Positions 52,982-61,569 of a stretch of 64,000 bases of DNA are shown in pieces. The stretch is taken from the sequence record NC_061450.1; one strand, given 5' to 3'. Within the stretch, counting starts at the first letter, position 1. Each line of letters opens with the position of its first letter. Position numbers and translations under genes: made by a program. The notes below the pieces were generated by a model. That model worked only from the letters and a program-made list of their open reading frames with translations. It did no database searches and was not told the DNA's origin.

Positions 52982-53488
52982 ATGTCTAAGAAAGTTATTG
53001 CCAGCCTGAACAAAAACCTGAAAGCTATCGCTAAGTCTGAAAACGCTCTGACCAAAACCGTCTCTGCAACTACCAAAGAGATCGAAAACCTGGCTTCACA
53101 GCGCGCTGGTATCGAAGCGCAGATCGCTGAACTGTCTGGTGCTGCTGCTCCGGCCAAAGCTGCTAAAGCAGAGAAAGCGCCTAAGAAAGAAAAGGCTGCT
53201 AAAGCTGAAAAGCCTGCTAAAGCCGGTAAGAAAGAAAAAGCTGCCAAGCCTGCTAAAGCAGAGAAAGCCGCTAAGCCTGCCAAAGCTGAAAAAGCTGGCA
53301 AGAAAGCCAAAGCTGAAAAAGCTGAAAAGCCTGCTAAAGCCGGTAAGAAAGACAAAGCAGCTAAAGCTGAAAAATCTGCCAAGCCTGCTAAAGCTGAAAA
53401 AGCTGGCAAAAAAGTGAAAGCTGAAAAGCCTGCCAAAGCTGGTAAAAAAGCAAAAGCTAAAGAAGACGATTTCGACTTCGAAGTTTAA
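52982..53488 (+). CDS. histone H1/AlgP-like AKP-repeat protein
   Basis: GGAG SD; N-terminal coiled coil; KAEKPAKAGKK repeats; acidic tip EDDFDFEV. Confidence 0.8.
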   Translation: MSKKVIASLNKNLKAIAKSENALTKTVSATTKEIENLASQRAGIEAQIAELSGAAAPAKAAKAEKAPKKEKAAKAEKPAKAGKKEKAAKPAKAEKAAKPAKAEKAGKKAKAEKAEKPAKAGKKDKAAKAEKSAKPAKAEKAGKKVKAEKPAKAGKKAKAKEDDFDFEV

Positions 53489-53541
53489 GTCCTGATCGGC
53501 TGATGCATCGCGGTGCATAAGCAAACACAGAATGGGTTGAC

Positions 53542-53583
53542 GCCAAACGCGTTGACCCATTTTGCATTCTGTCAGAATTTTTT
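53542..53583 (+). terminator. hairpin/terminator
   Basis: AATGGGTTGACG/CGTTGACCCATT (2 G.U) followed by a T-rich tract. Confidence 0.55.
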
Positions 53584-53602
53584 ACCGAATAGGATTCATC
53601 GT

Positions 53603-54070
53603 ATGTCTGACAATTTTCGTAGTGTTGTTTCTCTGCAATTCTCCCACGCTGCCTCTCTGGCACGCGCTCTCAAAACGTTGAAGAATCATTGTGTGTTTGG
53701 TGGCCTTGAGGTTACTGAATCAAACGCTCGTGATATCGGCACGTCCTTCCTCAGTGAAATACTTGAAGGCAAATGTCCTATAGTGGACGCATCAATAACA
53801 TCCATCGACGGCCTTGCCCATCGTCGCGATAAAGTAACCTTTGATGAAGGCGAAAGCGCCTGTATCGAAGCCTTCAATACTATCATTATGGAGCACAGTG
53901 CCCGCGTTACGCTGCGTCGTGAACTCTCCAAGTTCCGTCTTGAGACAAACAAAGACGTTAACGACCTTCTGTGGAAGGACGATGCAGGTACCAAACAGGC
54001 AATCGAACTCTCTCCACATCATGGACTAAGTTGTGACTGTGAGACCTGCGAGGATATGAAAGATGACTAA
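53603..54070 (+). CDS. hypothetical protein
   Basis: AGGA SD; C-terminal CDCETC. Confidence 0.75.
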   Translation: MSDNFRSVVSLQFSHAASLARALKTLKNHCVFGGLEVTESNARDIGTSFLSEILEGKCPIVDASITSIDGLAHRRDKVTFDEGESACIEAFNTIIMEHSARVTLRRELSKFRLETNKDVNDLLWKDDAGTKQAIELSPHHGLSCDCETCEDMKDD

Positions 54071-54752
54071 GCGCACAGCAATCGAACATGATGCCACTCG
54101 CCTGAGTCGCAACGGCTGTCCTCACTGTAAGAATCAGCCTGTGATGTTCCGCATTGATTACGAAGATGGCGTTACTCGTTATCTGACTCATCACCACAGC
54201 CTGACTACATCGGCTCGTCAATGTCCAAACATATCTCGCTTTGGTCTTGGCATTGACCCAGATGCAGCTTTGGAGAACTGGCTGTCTACCTGTCGCGATA
54301 AACTGGCTCAACGTGTTAGTCGCTCTCACAGTGATCGCCTGTTCGATAAGGCTCAAGAGGAAATTGAGCTGGCAATTATTCCTCAGACAGAGCAGACTAT
54401 AGGTCAGATGTTTTCTGCGTATGGTAATTTGCAGAACAGTCTCCAACAGGCGATGCATAGGACTGTAAATATCAGTGATACTCTTTATTGCATTGTTTAC
54501 TTTGATGTGGCTCAGGACGGTGTTGAGACCAAGTTGCTCAACAAACAATCCAACATTGAAGTCAACATGCTGGCAACGCTTGAGCCTGATGCGCTTATCG
54601 CTTACGGTAAGTTGCAGCAACGCATCCAGCAGTGGGTAGCTGACGGCATGTCCAGTCCGTTCCCTATCTCAAATGACGAAGACGCCCACCAGATTTATTT
54701 GAAGTCTGCGAATCAGCAAATCTCTGGTCAAAACCGAGATAGCTCTGAATAG
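54063..54752 (+). CDS. hypothetical protein with N-terminal zinc-finger (Lar-like)
   Basis: CPHC...QCPN..AALENW. Confidence 0.6.
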   Translation: MTKRTAIEHDATRLSRNGCPHCKNQPVMFRIDYEDGVTRYLTHHHSLTTSARQCPNISRFGLGIDPDAALENWLSTCRDKLAQRVSRSHSDRLFDKAQEEIELAIIPQTEQTIGQMFSAYGNLQNSLQQAMHRTVNISDTLYCIVYFDVAQDGVETKLLNKQSNIEVNMLATLEPDALIAYGKLQQRIQQWVADGMSSPFPISNDEDAHQIYLKSANQQISGQNRDSSE

Positions 54753-54784
54753 CTGTTTATGTTAGAATGATCAGATAAATCTGA
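54717..54784 (+). promoter_or_regulatory. sigma70-type early promoter with upstream element and operator-like palindrome over the TSS
   Basis: CAAAT-CTC-TGGTCAAAAC; TGt-TAGAAT 54763; TCAGA-TAAA-TCTGA 54771-54784. Confidence 0.7.
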
Positions 54785-54821
54785 GTAAGCAGTTCTTCAC
54801 TAATAACTGAGGGTTACTATC

Positions 54822-55181
54822 ATGTCTAGCGCATCAACGCAGATTCAGCACGTCACGCCAGAAGAAGTCGAACGCCGACGCCGTCTTGTGTACTACGCAG
54901 TTCCAGTCAGCGACAGGCCCGACTTGATCGAGGGTGCAAAACGTTTTATGTCCCAGCGCCTTGAAATTCCCGTGGCTGATGTGCGTGAAGGCTTGGTGTG
55001 CCATCGCAAGAACGGCCAGAACTATGTCTTGTGTGTTTTCACTCGCACGGGTCCATTGTTCCTGACCGAAGACGGCGAGCCTTATGTATCGACATACGCT
55101 AACTTCCCTTACACCTTCGACTTAACAGTTGGAGAATATCGCTTCTCAGGCAGATCTAATTCGGAGCATCAACATGGCTAA
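54822..55181 (+). CDS. hypothetical protein
   Basis: GAGGG SD. Confidence 0.75.
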   Translation: MSSASTQIQHVTPEEVERRRRLVYYAVPVSDRPDLIEGAKRFMSQRLEIPVADVREGLVCHRKNGQNYVLCVFTRTGPLFLTEDGEPYVSTYANFPYTFDLTVGEYRFSGRSNSEHQHG

Positions 55182-57210
55182 AGCAGCAAAGCCAACTAAA
55201 AAGAAAGACAACGGTGGCAGCCAAGAAGGCTTTGTCATCGCAGAAGGGCTTGATGGTATTCGTCTTAACCCAGGCATGTACATGGGTGAGCAGGGTGCTG
55301 ACATGGCGTATCGCGCCGTGAAAGAGCCTGTGGACAACGTGTACGATGAATTGATGGCGGGCCGCTGTCGAGTGATGGAAGTTGTTATCGACTATGACAA
55401 CGACATTAACATCGTGGCAGACCAAGCTGGTGGTATTCCTACCGACTTCAAAGTGTTGAAAGACGGCACCAAAGAAACGGTAATGACCGCAGCGTTTAGT
55501 CGTGTTCACGCAGGCGGCAAGTTCAACGATAAAGCCTACAAAACATCTGCCGGTACTCATGGCGTTGGTGTTGCAGCGCTTAACGCAATCTCAAGTCAGT
55601 TGCGTGTGTGGTCGATGTATAAAGGCGGTTGTGCCTATCAGATGTGGCAGAAGGGTGAAGCCAAAAGTGGCAAAGACCCAAAGAAAGTCAAGTCCATCGA
55701 TAAAGATGTGATGAGCCTGCTGCGTGAAAAGAAACACAGCAAGTACGGTACTGTGGTGGCTTGGTCACTTGATCAAGATATCGTGAGTGCTGATGCCAAG
55801 CGTGGTAAAAAGCTGGCTAAAGGTTATCGTCATGCTGCGCCAGACCCAGCTCGTATCGGTCAGTGGCTGCGCAACATGTCCATGCTCAACCCAGGGTTTG
55901 AGATTCACCTGACGCTGATCAAGAAAGGCAAGCGCAAAGAGTTCACGTTCCATAACAAGAAAGACCTGACGTATGTGGTCAAGACCATGTGTGCAGAACG
56001 TGAAATCGGTATGGTCGGTAAGCCGCTTGTGTTCAAAAACGATTACGTCACAGTTGCCTTAGCGTGGACCGACCACGTTGATGCAGATAACTTCCTCAGC
56101 TTTGTTAACGCCAGCCCAACAGTTGATGGTGGGTGGCACGTTGTTGGCTTCCGTGATGCTTTGTTTGAAGCAATCAAGCCGCACATGAAAGAAGCGAAAG
56201 GCAAGAGCAAGAAAAAGCAGGGCTTCAAGCAGGAAGACTTGCTGATTGGCCTGACCGGTATGTTTGACTGGCGTATGCATGGAGCAAGCTACACGTCACA
56301 GGTCAAAGACAAGCTGGCAACTCGCGTAGAGAAAGAAGTCTACGAAATGCTGAAAGACCAGTTGATGCAATACTTCAAGGACAACAAAAAGGTCGCATCA
56401 ACAATCATCAAACGCGCCGAGGCCATGAACAAAGGCCGCGAAGAATTATCTGCCGTTGTTAAGTCTATGGCAGACACCAAGAAGAAGCTGAAAGGCAACG
56501 CCTTGCCTGCTGACCTGATTGCTGCTAACAACTGCAAACCTCATGAGCGTGAACTTATCGTGGTGGAAGGGGATTCTGCTGGTGGTACAGCAACTGATGC
56601 CCGCAACCCTGATTATCAGGAAGTAATGCTGGCAGGTGGTAAGCCACTCAACGGTCTGAAAGCAAGTCTGGCAGATGTGCTCAAACACAAAGAAGTGCAG
56701 GGCATGTTGATCAGCATCGGTGCTGACCTCAAGACGCTGGACCCGAAAGCTGAGAACCCAGTGTTGAGCGTTGACAAGCTGCGCATCGGCAACTTGTTGT
56801 TCTTGATGGATGCCGACCCTGATGGCTTCCACATCGCAACGTTGTTCCTCGGTGTTGTGTATCGCCTGCTGCCGGATATGTTCCGTGAAGGCCGCGTGTG
56901 GATTATCGATAGTCCACTGTACAACGTGGTACACAAAGGCATTCACTATGGCGGCATGACTTTCGAAGAGTGTCGAGCTAAAGCGCCAAGTGCTGTAAAA
57001 GATCGTGACATTGTTCGCGCTAAAGGTTGGGGTGAAGTCGAGCCTGACGTACTTGAAGCCATCGCGTTCAATCCCAAGACTCGTCGCCTGATTCGAGTCA
57101 ACCCATTCGAAAACAAAGAGCAAGAACGTTTCTTCCGTGGCATTCTCGCAGAGGACGCCGTGCATCGCCGTCGCCTGCTGGGCTTAGAAGAAGCTGTGGC
57201 TCTGGTATAA
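55174..57210 (+). CDS. gyrB: type IIA topoisomerase, GyrB/ParE-like subunit
   Basis: GIRLNPGMYMG; EPVDNVYDE; DQAGGIP; HAGGKF; SAGTHGVGV; TOPRIM VEGDSAGG; MDADPDGFHI; KGWGE. Confidence 0.93.
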   Translation: MAKAAKPTKKKDNGGSQEGFVIAEGLDGIRLNPGMYMGEQGADMAYRAVKEPVDNVYDELMAGRCRVMEVVIDYDNDINIVADQAGGIPTDFKVLKDGTKETVMTAAFSRVHAGGKFNDKAYKTSAGTHGVGVAALNAISSQLRVWSMYKGGCAYQMWQKGEAKSGKDPKKVKSIDKDVMSLLREKKHSKYGTVVAWSLDQDIVSADAKRGKKLAKGYRHAAPDPARIGQWLRNMSMLNPGFEIHLTLIKKGKRKEFTFHNKKDLTYVVKTMCAEREIGMVGKPLVFKNDYVTVALAWTDHVDADNFLSFVNASPTVDGGWHVVGFRDALFEAIKPHMKEAKGKSKKKQGFKQEDLLIGLTGMFDWRMHGASYTSQVKDKLATRVEKEVYEMLKDQLMQYFKDNKKVASTIIKRAEAMNKGREELSAVVKSMADTKKKLKGNALPADLIAANNCKPHERELIVVEGDSAGGTATDARNPDYQEVMLAGGKPLNGLKASLADVLKHKEVQGMLISIGADLKTLDPKAENPVLSVDKLRIGNLLFLMDADPDGFHIATLFLGVVYRLLPDMFREGRVWIIDSPLYNVVHKGIHYGGMTFEECRAKAPSAVKDRDIVRAKGWGEVEPDVLEAIAFNPKTRRLIRVNPFENKEQERFFRGILAEDAVHRRRLLGLEEAVALV

Positions 57211-57221
57211 GGAATTCTATA

Positions 57222-57506
57222 GTGAAAGCACAACAACGCAAAATCAACTTAGGCTTAACAGGCAAGCGCGTTAATCAACCTCTTGACGCGCTGCGTGGTA
57301 CTATGAGCCACATCTTTCCTGTGGTTCGTGGTACAGAGGGATTGCCAATCCCATTACTGGACATGCCTCAGATCATGTTGTTCCGGACAGACAAAAGCAA
57401 GTCTGACCTTGATGTGGTATATGCCAAGATGCGCCAGCGTCAAAAGCATGTAGCTTACGCTTTTAACTACAATCCTGATAACCTTAACCATAAGGAGATC
57501 AAGTAA
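57222..57506 (+). CDS. hypothetical protein
   Basis: AAGGA SD; GTG start. Confidence 0.7.
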   Translation: MKAQQRKINLGLTGKRVNQPLDALRGTMSHIFPVVRGTEGLPIPLLDMPQIMLFRTDKSKSDLDVVYAKMRQRQKHVAYAFNYNPDNLNHKEIK

Positions 57507-57700
57507 TGAGTCTTGATACTGAAACAACGTTCACTGCCGAGCAGGTTAAGCAGATGCGTGAAGGTCTGCGCAAGCACGGCATCACCAAAGAAGAAGGCCA
57601 GCGCATGGTTGCTAATCTGCGTCGTGCCATGATGCGTCGTGGTGTGCTTGAGACTCAGGTAGTTACAATCGATAGCTTGGGGGCATTTGCTCATGAATAA
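57506..57700 (+). CDS. hypothetical protein
   Basis: AAGGAG SD. Confidence 0.75.
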   Translation: MSLDTETTFTAEQVKQMREGLRKHGITKEEGQRMVANLRRAMMRRGVLETQVVTIDSLGAFAHE

Positions 57701-57929
57701 ATTCCAACGGCACTTCAAGTCACTGCCTGAGACTGAGGCAAGTTTCAGTCGTGTCCCGCCTCTGGGTGTCACTGTGATCACTCAGGGTGATGGCTGGGTA
57801 CGTGGTGTGACACGTATGCCTAATCCCGGCGTCTCGCAGATTCCAAAGGGCGTCTCCCTTGATACACTCAAAGGGTTGAACATCCGACACATGGATATCA
57901 ATCTTGATCCTATTGAACCTAATTCGTAA
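57693..57929 (+). CDS. hypothetical protein
   Basis: GGGGG SD. Confidence 0.65.
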   Translation: MNKFQRHFKSLPETEASFSRVPPLGVTVITQGDGWVRGVTRMPNPGVSQIPKGVSLDTLKGLNIRHMDINLDPIEPNS

Positions 57930-57940
57930 GAGACTATCTA

Positions 57941-59572
57941 ATGGCCAAAGCAGCAAAGCCAATCAAAATCAAAAAGTCCAAGTCGAAGGAAGTTACGACT
58001 GGAAAAGCTGTTGAACTCTCTTCCCTCAAAAAGAAAAAGAAGTCAAAAGCTGTTGCGGTATCTGACGGAGAATATGGCTCCAAGTATCCGCTGATGGGTC
58101 AGAACCTTGACAACGTTGTTGATGAAACGCTGGCGTCTTATGGCGGGCGTGCTCTGCGTCAGTACGGGTCATACGTTGTTGAAGACCGTGCGATTGCTGA
58201 CTATCGTGATGGACTCAAGCCTGTGCACCGAGCCATCCTGTGGTCACTCAGTGATCTTAACCTGCGTCCTGGTGGTGGCTTTAAAAAGTCTGCACGTACC
58301 GTAGGTGATGCGCTTGGTAAGTATCACCCTCATGGTGACAGTGCTTGTTACGGTGCGATGGTAACGATTGCAAACACAGTACCACCAGCAGTAGCCGGTC
58401 AGGGTAACTGGGGCAAGCCTGACAAGCCAGCAGCAGCCATGCGTTATACAGAAGCCAAGATGAGCAAGTTCACAGGACTGTTCCTGCTGGACAATGACTA
58501 TCTTGAAGTCACGCCGATGGTGGATAACTTCTCTAACGATATGAAGCTGCCTCTGTACTTGCCTGCGTTGCTGCCGTACATGCTGTTCAATGGTTCAGTT
58601 CCACCACCAGCATACGGCGTTAAGTGCGGTAACCCAAGTTTCAGCTTTACCTCCGTTAGCAAGATCGTTATTGATATGCTGAACGGTGTTGACTACGACG
58701 CCAAGAAGATGGCCAAGGTTCTTGAAGTACGCCACGAGTTTGGTTGTACTGACGTTAGCCCTGACTCGGACTTCTTGCAGCTTGTGACTACAGGTCGTGG
58801 TAAGGTAACTTATCAACCCCTGATGCACATCGAAGAAAAGACCAGAACTATCACAGTTCAGACGTATGTGCCTGGTGGATTCTCAAACACTAAAGGCATT
58901 ACAGCCAAGCTGGAGAAGCTGGCAAACATTACTGGCGTGACCTCAGCGTCAAACAACAGCGGCAAGAAGAACAAGCTGGCTGGACCTCACGGTGCTGCGT
59001 TCATTATCAAGTGTCGTTGCAGCGAAGACGCCTTGTACGACATTGCCAAGCAGGTTGAGCGCGAAGTCACAAGCGGCGTGAACTACATGCTGGGTGTGAC
59101 CATTCGTAATGCTGACAAGGCCAACACGTTCAAGTACCTGAACTATGTCCAGTACTTCAAAGCGTGGGTAGCGTACCGCATCAAACTTGAAGTGCGTATG
59201 CTGAAAAACAAAATTGAGAAGGCAGAGAAGTTGCTGCACCTCAATGAGCTTTACCTGTGGGCTGTTGACAACATGAAACAGTTGTTGGCTGCCTTGCCTA
59301 AGATTCTGTCTGCCGAAGACCCGGACAAGCAGATGGCCAAGATGTTCAAGATTCCTGTTGAAGACGCCAAGACCATCCTTGATCGTCAGGTGCGTAAACT
59401 GGCTAAACTTGAACGTGCTGGTCTCTTGGCCAAGATTAAAGAAATCAAAGCCGAGATTGCTGACTACCGTCGTGGCTTGAAAGAGCCTGGCCAGTATGCT
59501 GCCGTTGATACAGAGCGCCGTGTTAAGCAGTACCTGAAAAGCCCTGACGACAAGATGGAAGTGAGTTTGTGA
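57941..59572 (+). CDS. gyrA: type IIA topoisomerase, GyrA/ParC-like subunit (no CTD pinwheel)
   Basis: DGLKPVHR; KSARTVGD; [10 protein letters not shown]; GQGNWG; AAMRYTEAK (catalytic Tyr); only 543 aa. Confidence 0.93.
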   Translation: MAKAAKPIKIKKSKSKEVTTGKAVELSSLKKKKKSKAVAVSDGEYGSKYPLMGQNLDNVVDETLASYGGRALRQYGSYVVEDRAIADYRDGLKPVHRAILWSLSDLNLRPGGGFKKSARTVGDALGKYHPHGDSACYGAMVTIANTVPPAVAGQGNWGKPDKPAAAMRYTEAKMSKFTGLFLLDNDYLEVTPMVDNFSNDMKLPLYLPALLPYMLFNGSVPPPAYGVKCGNPSFSFTSVSKIVIDMLNGVDYDAKKMAKVLEVRHEFGCTDVSPDSDFLQLVTTGRGKVTYQPLMHIEEKTRTITVQTYVPGGFSNTKGITAKLEKLANITGVTSASNNSGKKNKLAGPHGAAFIIKCRCSEDALYDIAKQVEREVTSGVNYMLGVTIRNADKANTFKYLNYVQYFKAWVAYRIKLEVRMLKNKIEKAEKLLHLNELYLWAVDNMKQLLAALPKILSAEDPDKQMAKMFKIPVEDAKTILDRQVRKLAKLERAGLLAKIKEIKAEIADYRRGLKEPGQYAAVDTERRVKQYLKSPDDKMEVSL

Positions 59573-59610
59573 TGCGCGTCACACTGTCTTGTTATCGGTG
59601 GTGCTAAGTC

Positions 59611-59687
59611 TCAGATAAATCTGTAAATATAGAAAACAAATCTGTGGTCGAAACGCGGTTGAAAAATACCGCTGTTTCTGCTATACT
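59611..59687 (+). promoter_or_regulatory. palindrome, TGTA motif and sigma70-type early promoter
   Basis: TCAGATAAATCTGT; AATCTGTAAATA; CAAAT-CTG-TGGTCGAAAC; TTGAAA 59659, 17 nt, TGc-TATACT 59682. Confidence 0.7.
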
Positions 59688-59851
59688 GAGATTTCTCTTA
59701 TAGAAAAAGGAGTACATTATCAGTCAGTCATAATCAGGAAATAACAGAGCCCTTGTTGTATTTGCACTATATTCGATCTGCGTATGGTAATTTATATCTG
59801 CGTAGTCGCTAGGGTTAATAGCCCTCACTTTAAAGAGTATTAGGACCAAGA

Positions 59852-61033
59852 ATGAAACAACCAATTTCTGATTTAAAGGAAATGCTCGACGTTGTTCTTA
59901 GTGATGTAGCGAAATTGCGTGCTGGTAAAGAAACCAAGCGCAATCGGTTTATCGAAGCCCTCACGGCTCCACGTGATAAACTCAATCCTGTGTTGGTCAA
60001 TATAAAAAGTAATGTATACAAGTCCTATCCCCACATACTGGAGCTACGCGATTCGGTCAAGAAAAGCGTGACAGTATGCCTTTCCCTTTCTGAACTTATT
60101 GCCAGTGGAAAAATCAAAGTACGTCCGGCACTGGAACGTATCGCAGAAGTTGAAGCAAGTCTGCGTGCTGACCTGAGCCTTTGTGGCGACATGCTTGGCT
60201 ATCTCCAGGAGAACCCTGAAGAGGTAAGTGAAGCTGACATGCGTAGTGTTCGTCGGGACCAACGTGAGACGGCAGCTACTGCCAAGACTGCGAAAGTCCT
60301 GGACCGCATGAAGTCGCGCTACAAAGACAAGGTGCCTAAAGTCTTTGATGCCCAACTCAAGTTCATTCAACTCCCTGTAATGGCCCGTTTCGGCACAATG
60401 TCTATGAACCCAGAATCGCTGTCGCGTATGGGTTTCCAGATTGAGACTGCCGGTTTGCATTCTACTCCTTCAAGCGACTTAGGTATCATCTTTGAAAATC
60501 AAACCCTGTTATTCTTCCGTTTGTCTGATGCCCGTCAGATTGCCGAAGAGCAGGTAGAGATTCAAAAGAGTACCGACGGTGCGTTGATTCGTCGCACGGC
60601 ACTGATGAAACGCCGCAGTGCTGAAAAGCGTGCGATCAAAAAGCTGGAGCAACAGGCACAAGGACTTAGTCCACGTCGCCGCCTGCCGTTTGAAAAGCAG
60701 ATTGCAAAACACAACACCAACATCGACGAAGTAAACACAGCTCTGGACAAGATGATTGATAGCGTCAAGCAATCTAAATCTGTTGGCCGTGTACTGCGTC
60801 AGATGAAAGTGTCAAACGACCATTCTATCCTGAATTATCTCAACCCGATTATCGATGCCGTTAATCAAAAATCAAGCACTGAGTATGCCTTGTTCACCAC
60901 CATGCCTGCACGTGGCGTGATGGCGGACAGTGACGTTGTAGCAGCATGGTTAATGCCTAAGAGTGCCGTGAATCTTATCTTGCGTCACACTGGTGGTGAA
61001 ATCAAGTTGCAGAACTGGATGTTGCCGTGGTAA
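59852..61033 (+). CDS. hypothetical protein (helical/coiled-coil)
   Basis: AGGA SD; 393 aa. Confidence 0.85.
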   Translation: MKQPISDLKEMLDVVLSDVAKLRAGKETKRNRFIEALTAPRDKLNPVLVNIKSNVYKSYPHILELRDSVKKSVTVCLSLSELIASGKIKVRPALERIAEVEASLRADLSLCGDMLGYLQENPEEVSEADMRSVRRDQRETAATAKTAKVLDRMKSRYKDKVPKVFDAQLKFIQLPVMARFGTMSMNPESLSRMGFQIETAGLHSTPSSDLGIIFENQTLLFFRLSDARQIAEEQVEIQKSTDGALIRRTALMKRRSAEKRAIKKLEQQAQGLSPRRRLPFEKQIAKHNTNIDEVNTALDKMIDSVKQSKSVGRVLRQMKVSNDHSILNYLNPIIDAVNQKSSTEYALFTTMPARGVMADSDVVAAWLMPKSAVNLILRHTGGEIKLQNWMLPW

Positions 61034-61569
61034 TGTCTGTTGATAACAGACTTCCTGCTGAGAAGCGTGGTGATCTTGTGCGTTGTGTTATCTGTGGCCA
61101 ATTCAGCCGTGCGATACACTACCATCACACCGTTCCTCGGAGTCTGGGTGGTGAGCATTCGCTCCAAATCCCAATAGACGGCAATTGCCATACAACGTTG
61201 CACGCCAAAGCAGAAGCTACAGTGAGCCGTTTGAATGGCAAGCGCCGTGAGCCTGTAGGTCAGTTCTGGGACGACCCGCAGGCAGAGCAAAACGCTGAAA
61301 CATGGCTGCGCATTCTCGTTGATGCAATGCTGAACCCTCCTGTCGCAGCAGGTCAGAAAGAAATTCTGTTGCCCATGATAAAGGTTCCTGCAGAAACAAG
61401 ATTCGCGCTTGATCTTTTGAAAAGGGATCTACCTGGCATTACTAATATGACTCAGGTGCTCCTCTACTGTATCGAATTTACTTTAAAATCTAAAGGGTTG
61501 AGAAATGAAAAAGACAATGAGCACGGACGAAATAAAGGCACTGGTAAAAAGCGAACTCGCTTGTGGTGA
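61033..61569 (+). CDS. HNH endonuclease-domain protein
   Basis: CVIC..HYHHTVPRSLGG..IPIDGNCHTTLH. Confidence 0.75.
   Translation: MSVDNRLPAEKRGDLVRCVICGQFSRAIHYHHTVPRSLGGEHSLQIPIDGNCHTTLHAKAEATVSRLNGKRREPVGQFWDDPQAEQNAETWLRILVDAMLNPPVAAGQKEILLPMIKVPAETRFALDLLKRDLPGITNMTQVLLYCIEFTLKSKGLRNEKDNEHGRNKGTGKKRTRLW

Noticed and set aside
57211-57940. Intron or mobile element splitting a single topoisomerase gene
   Set aside because: B and A subunits are each complete, with their own start and stop; no group I/II intron or homing-nuclease signatures in the gap
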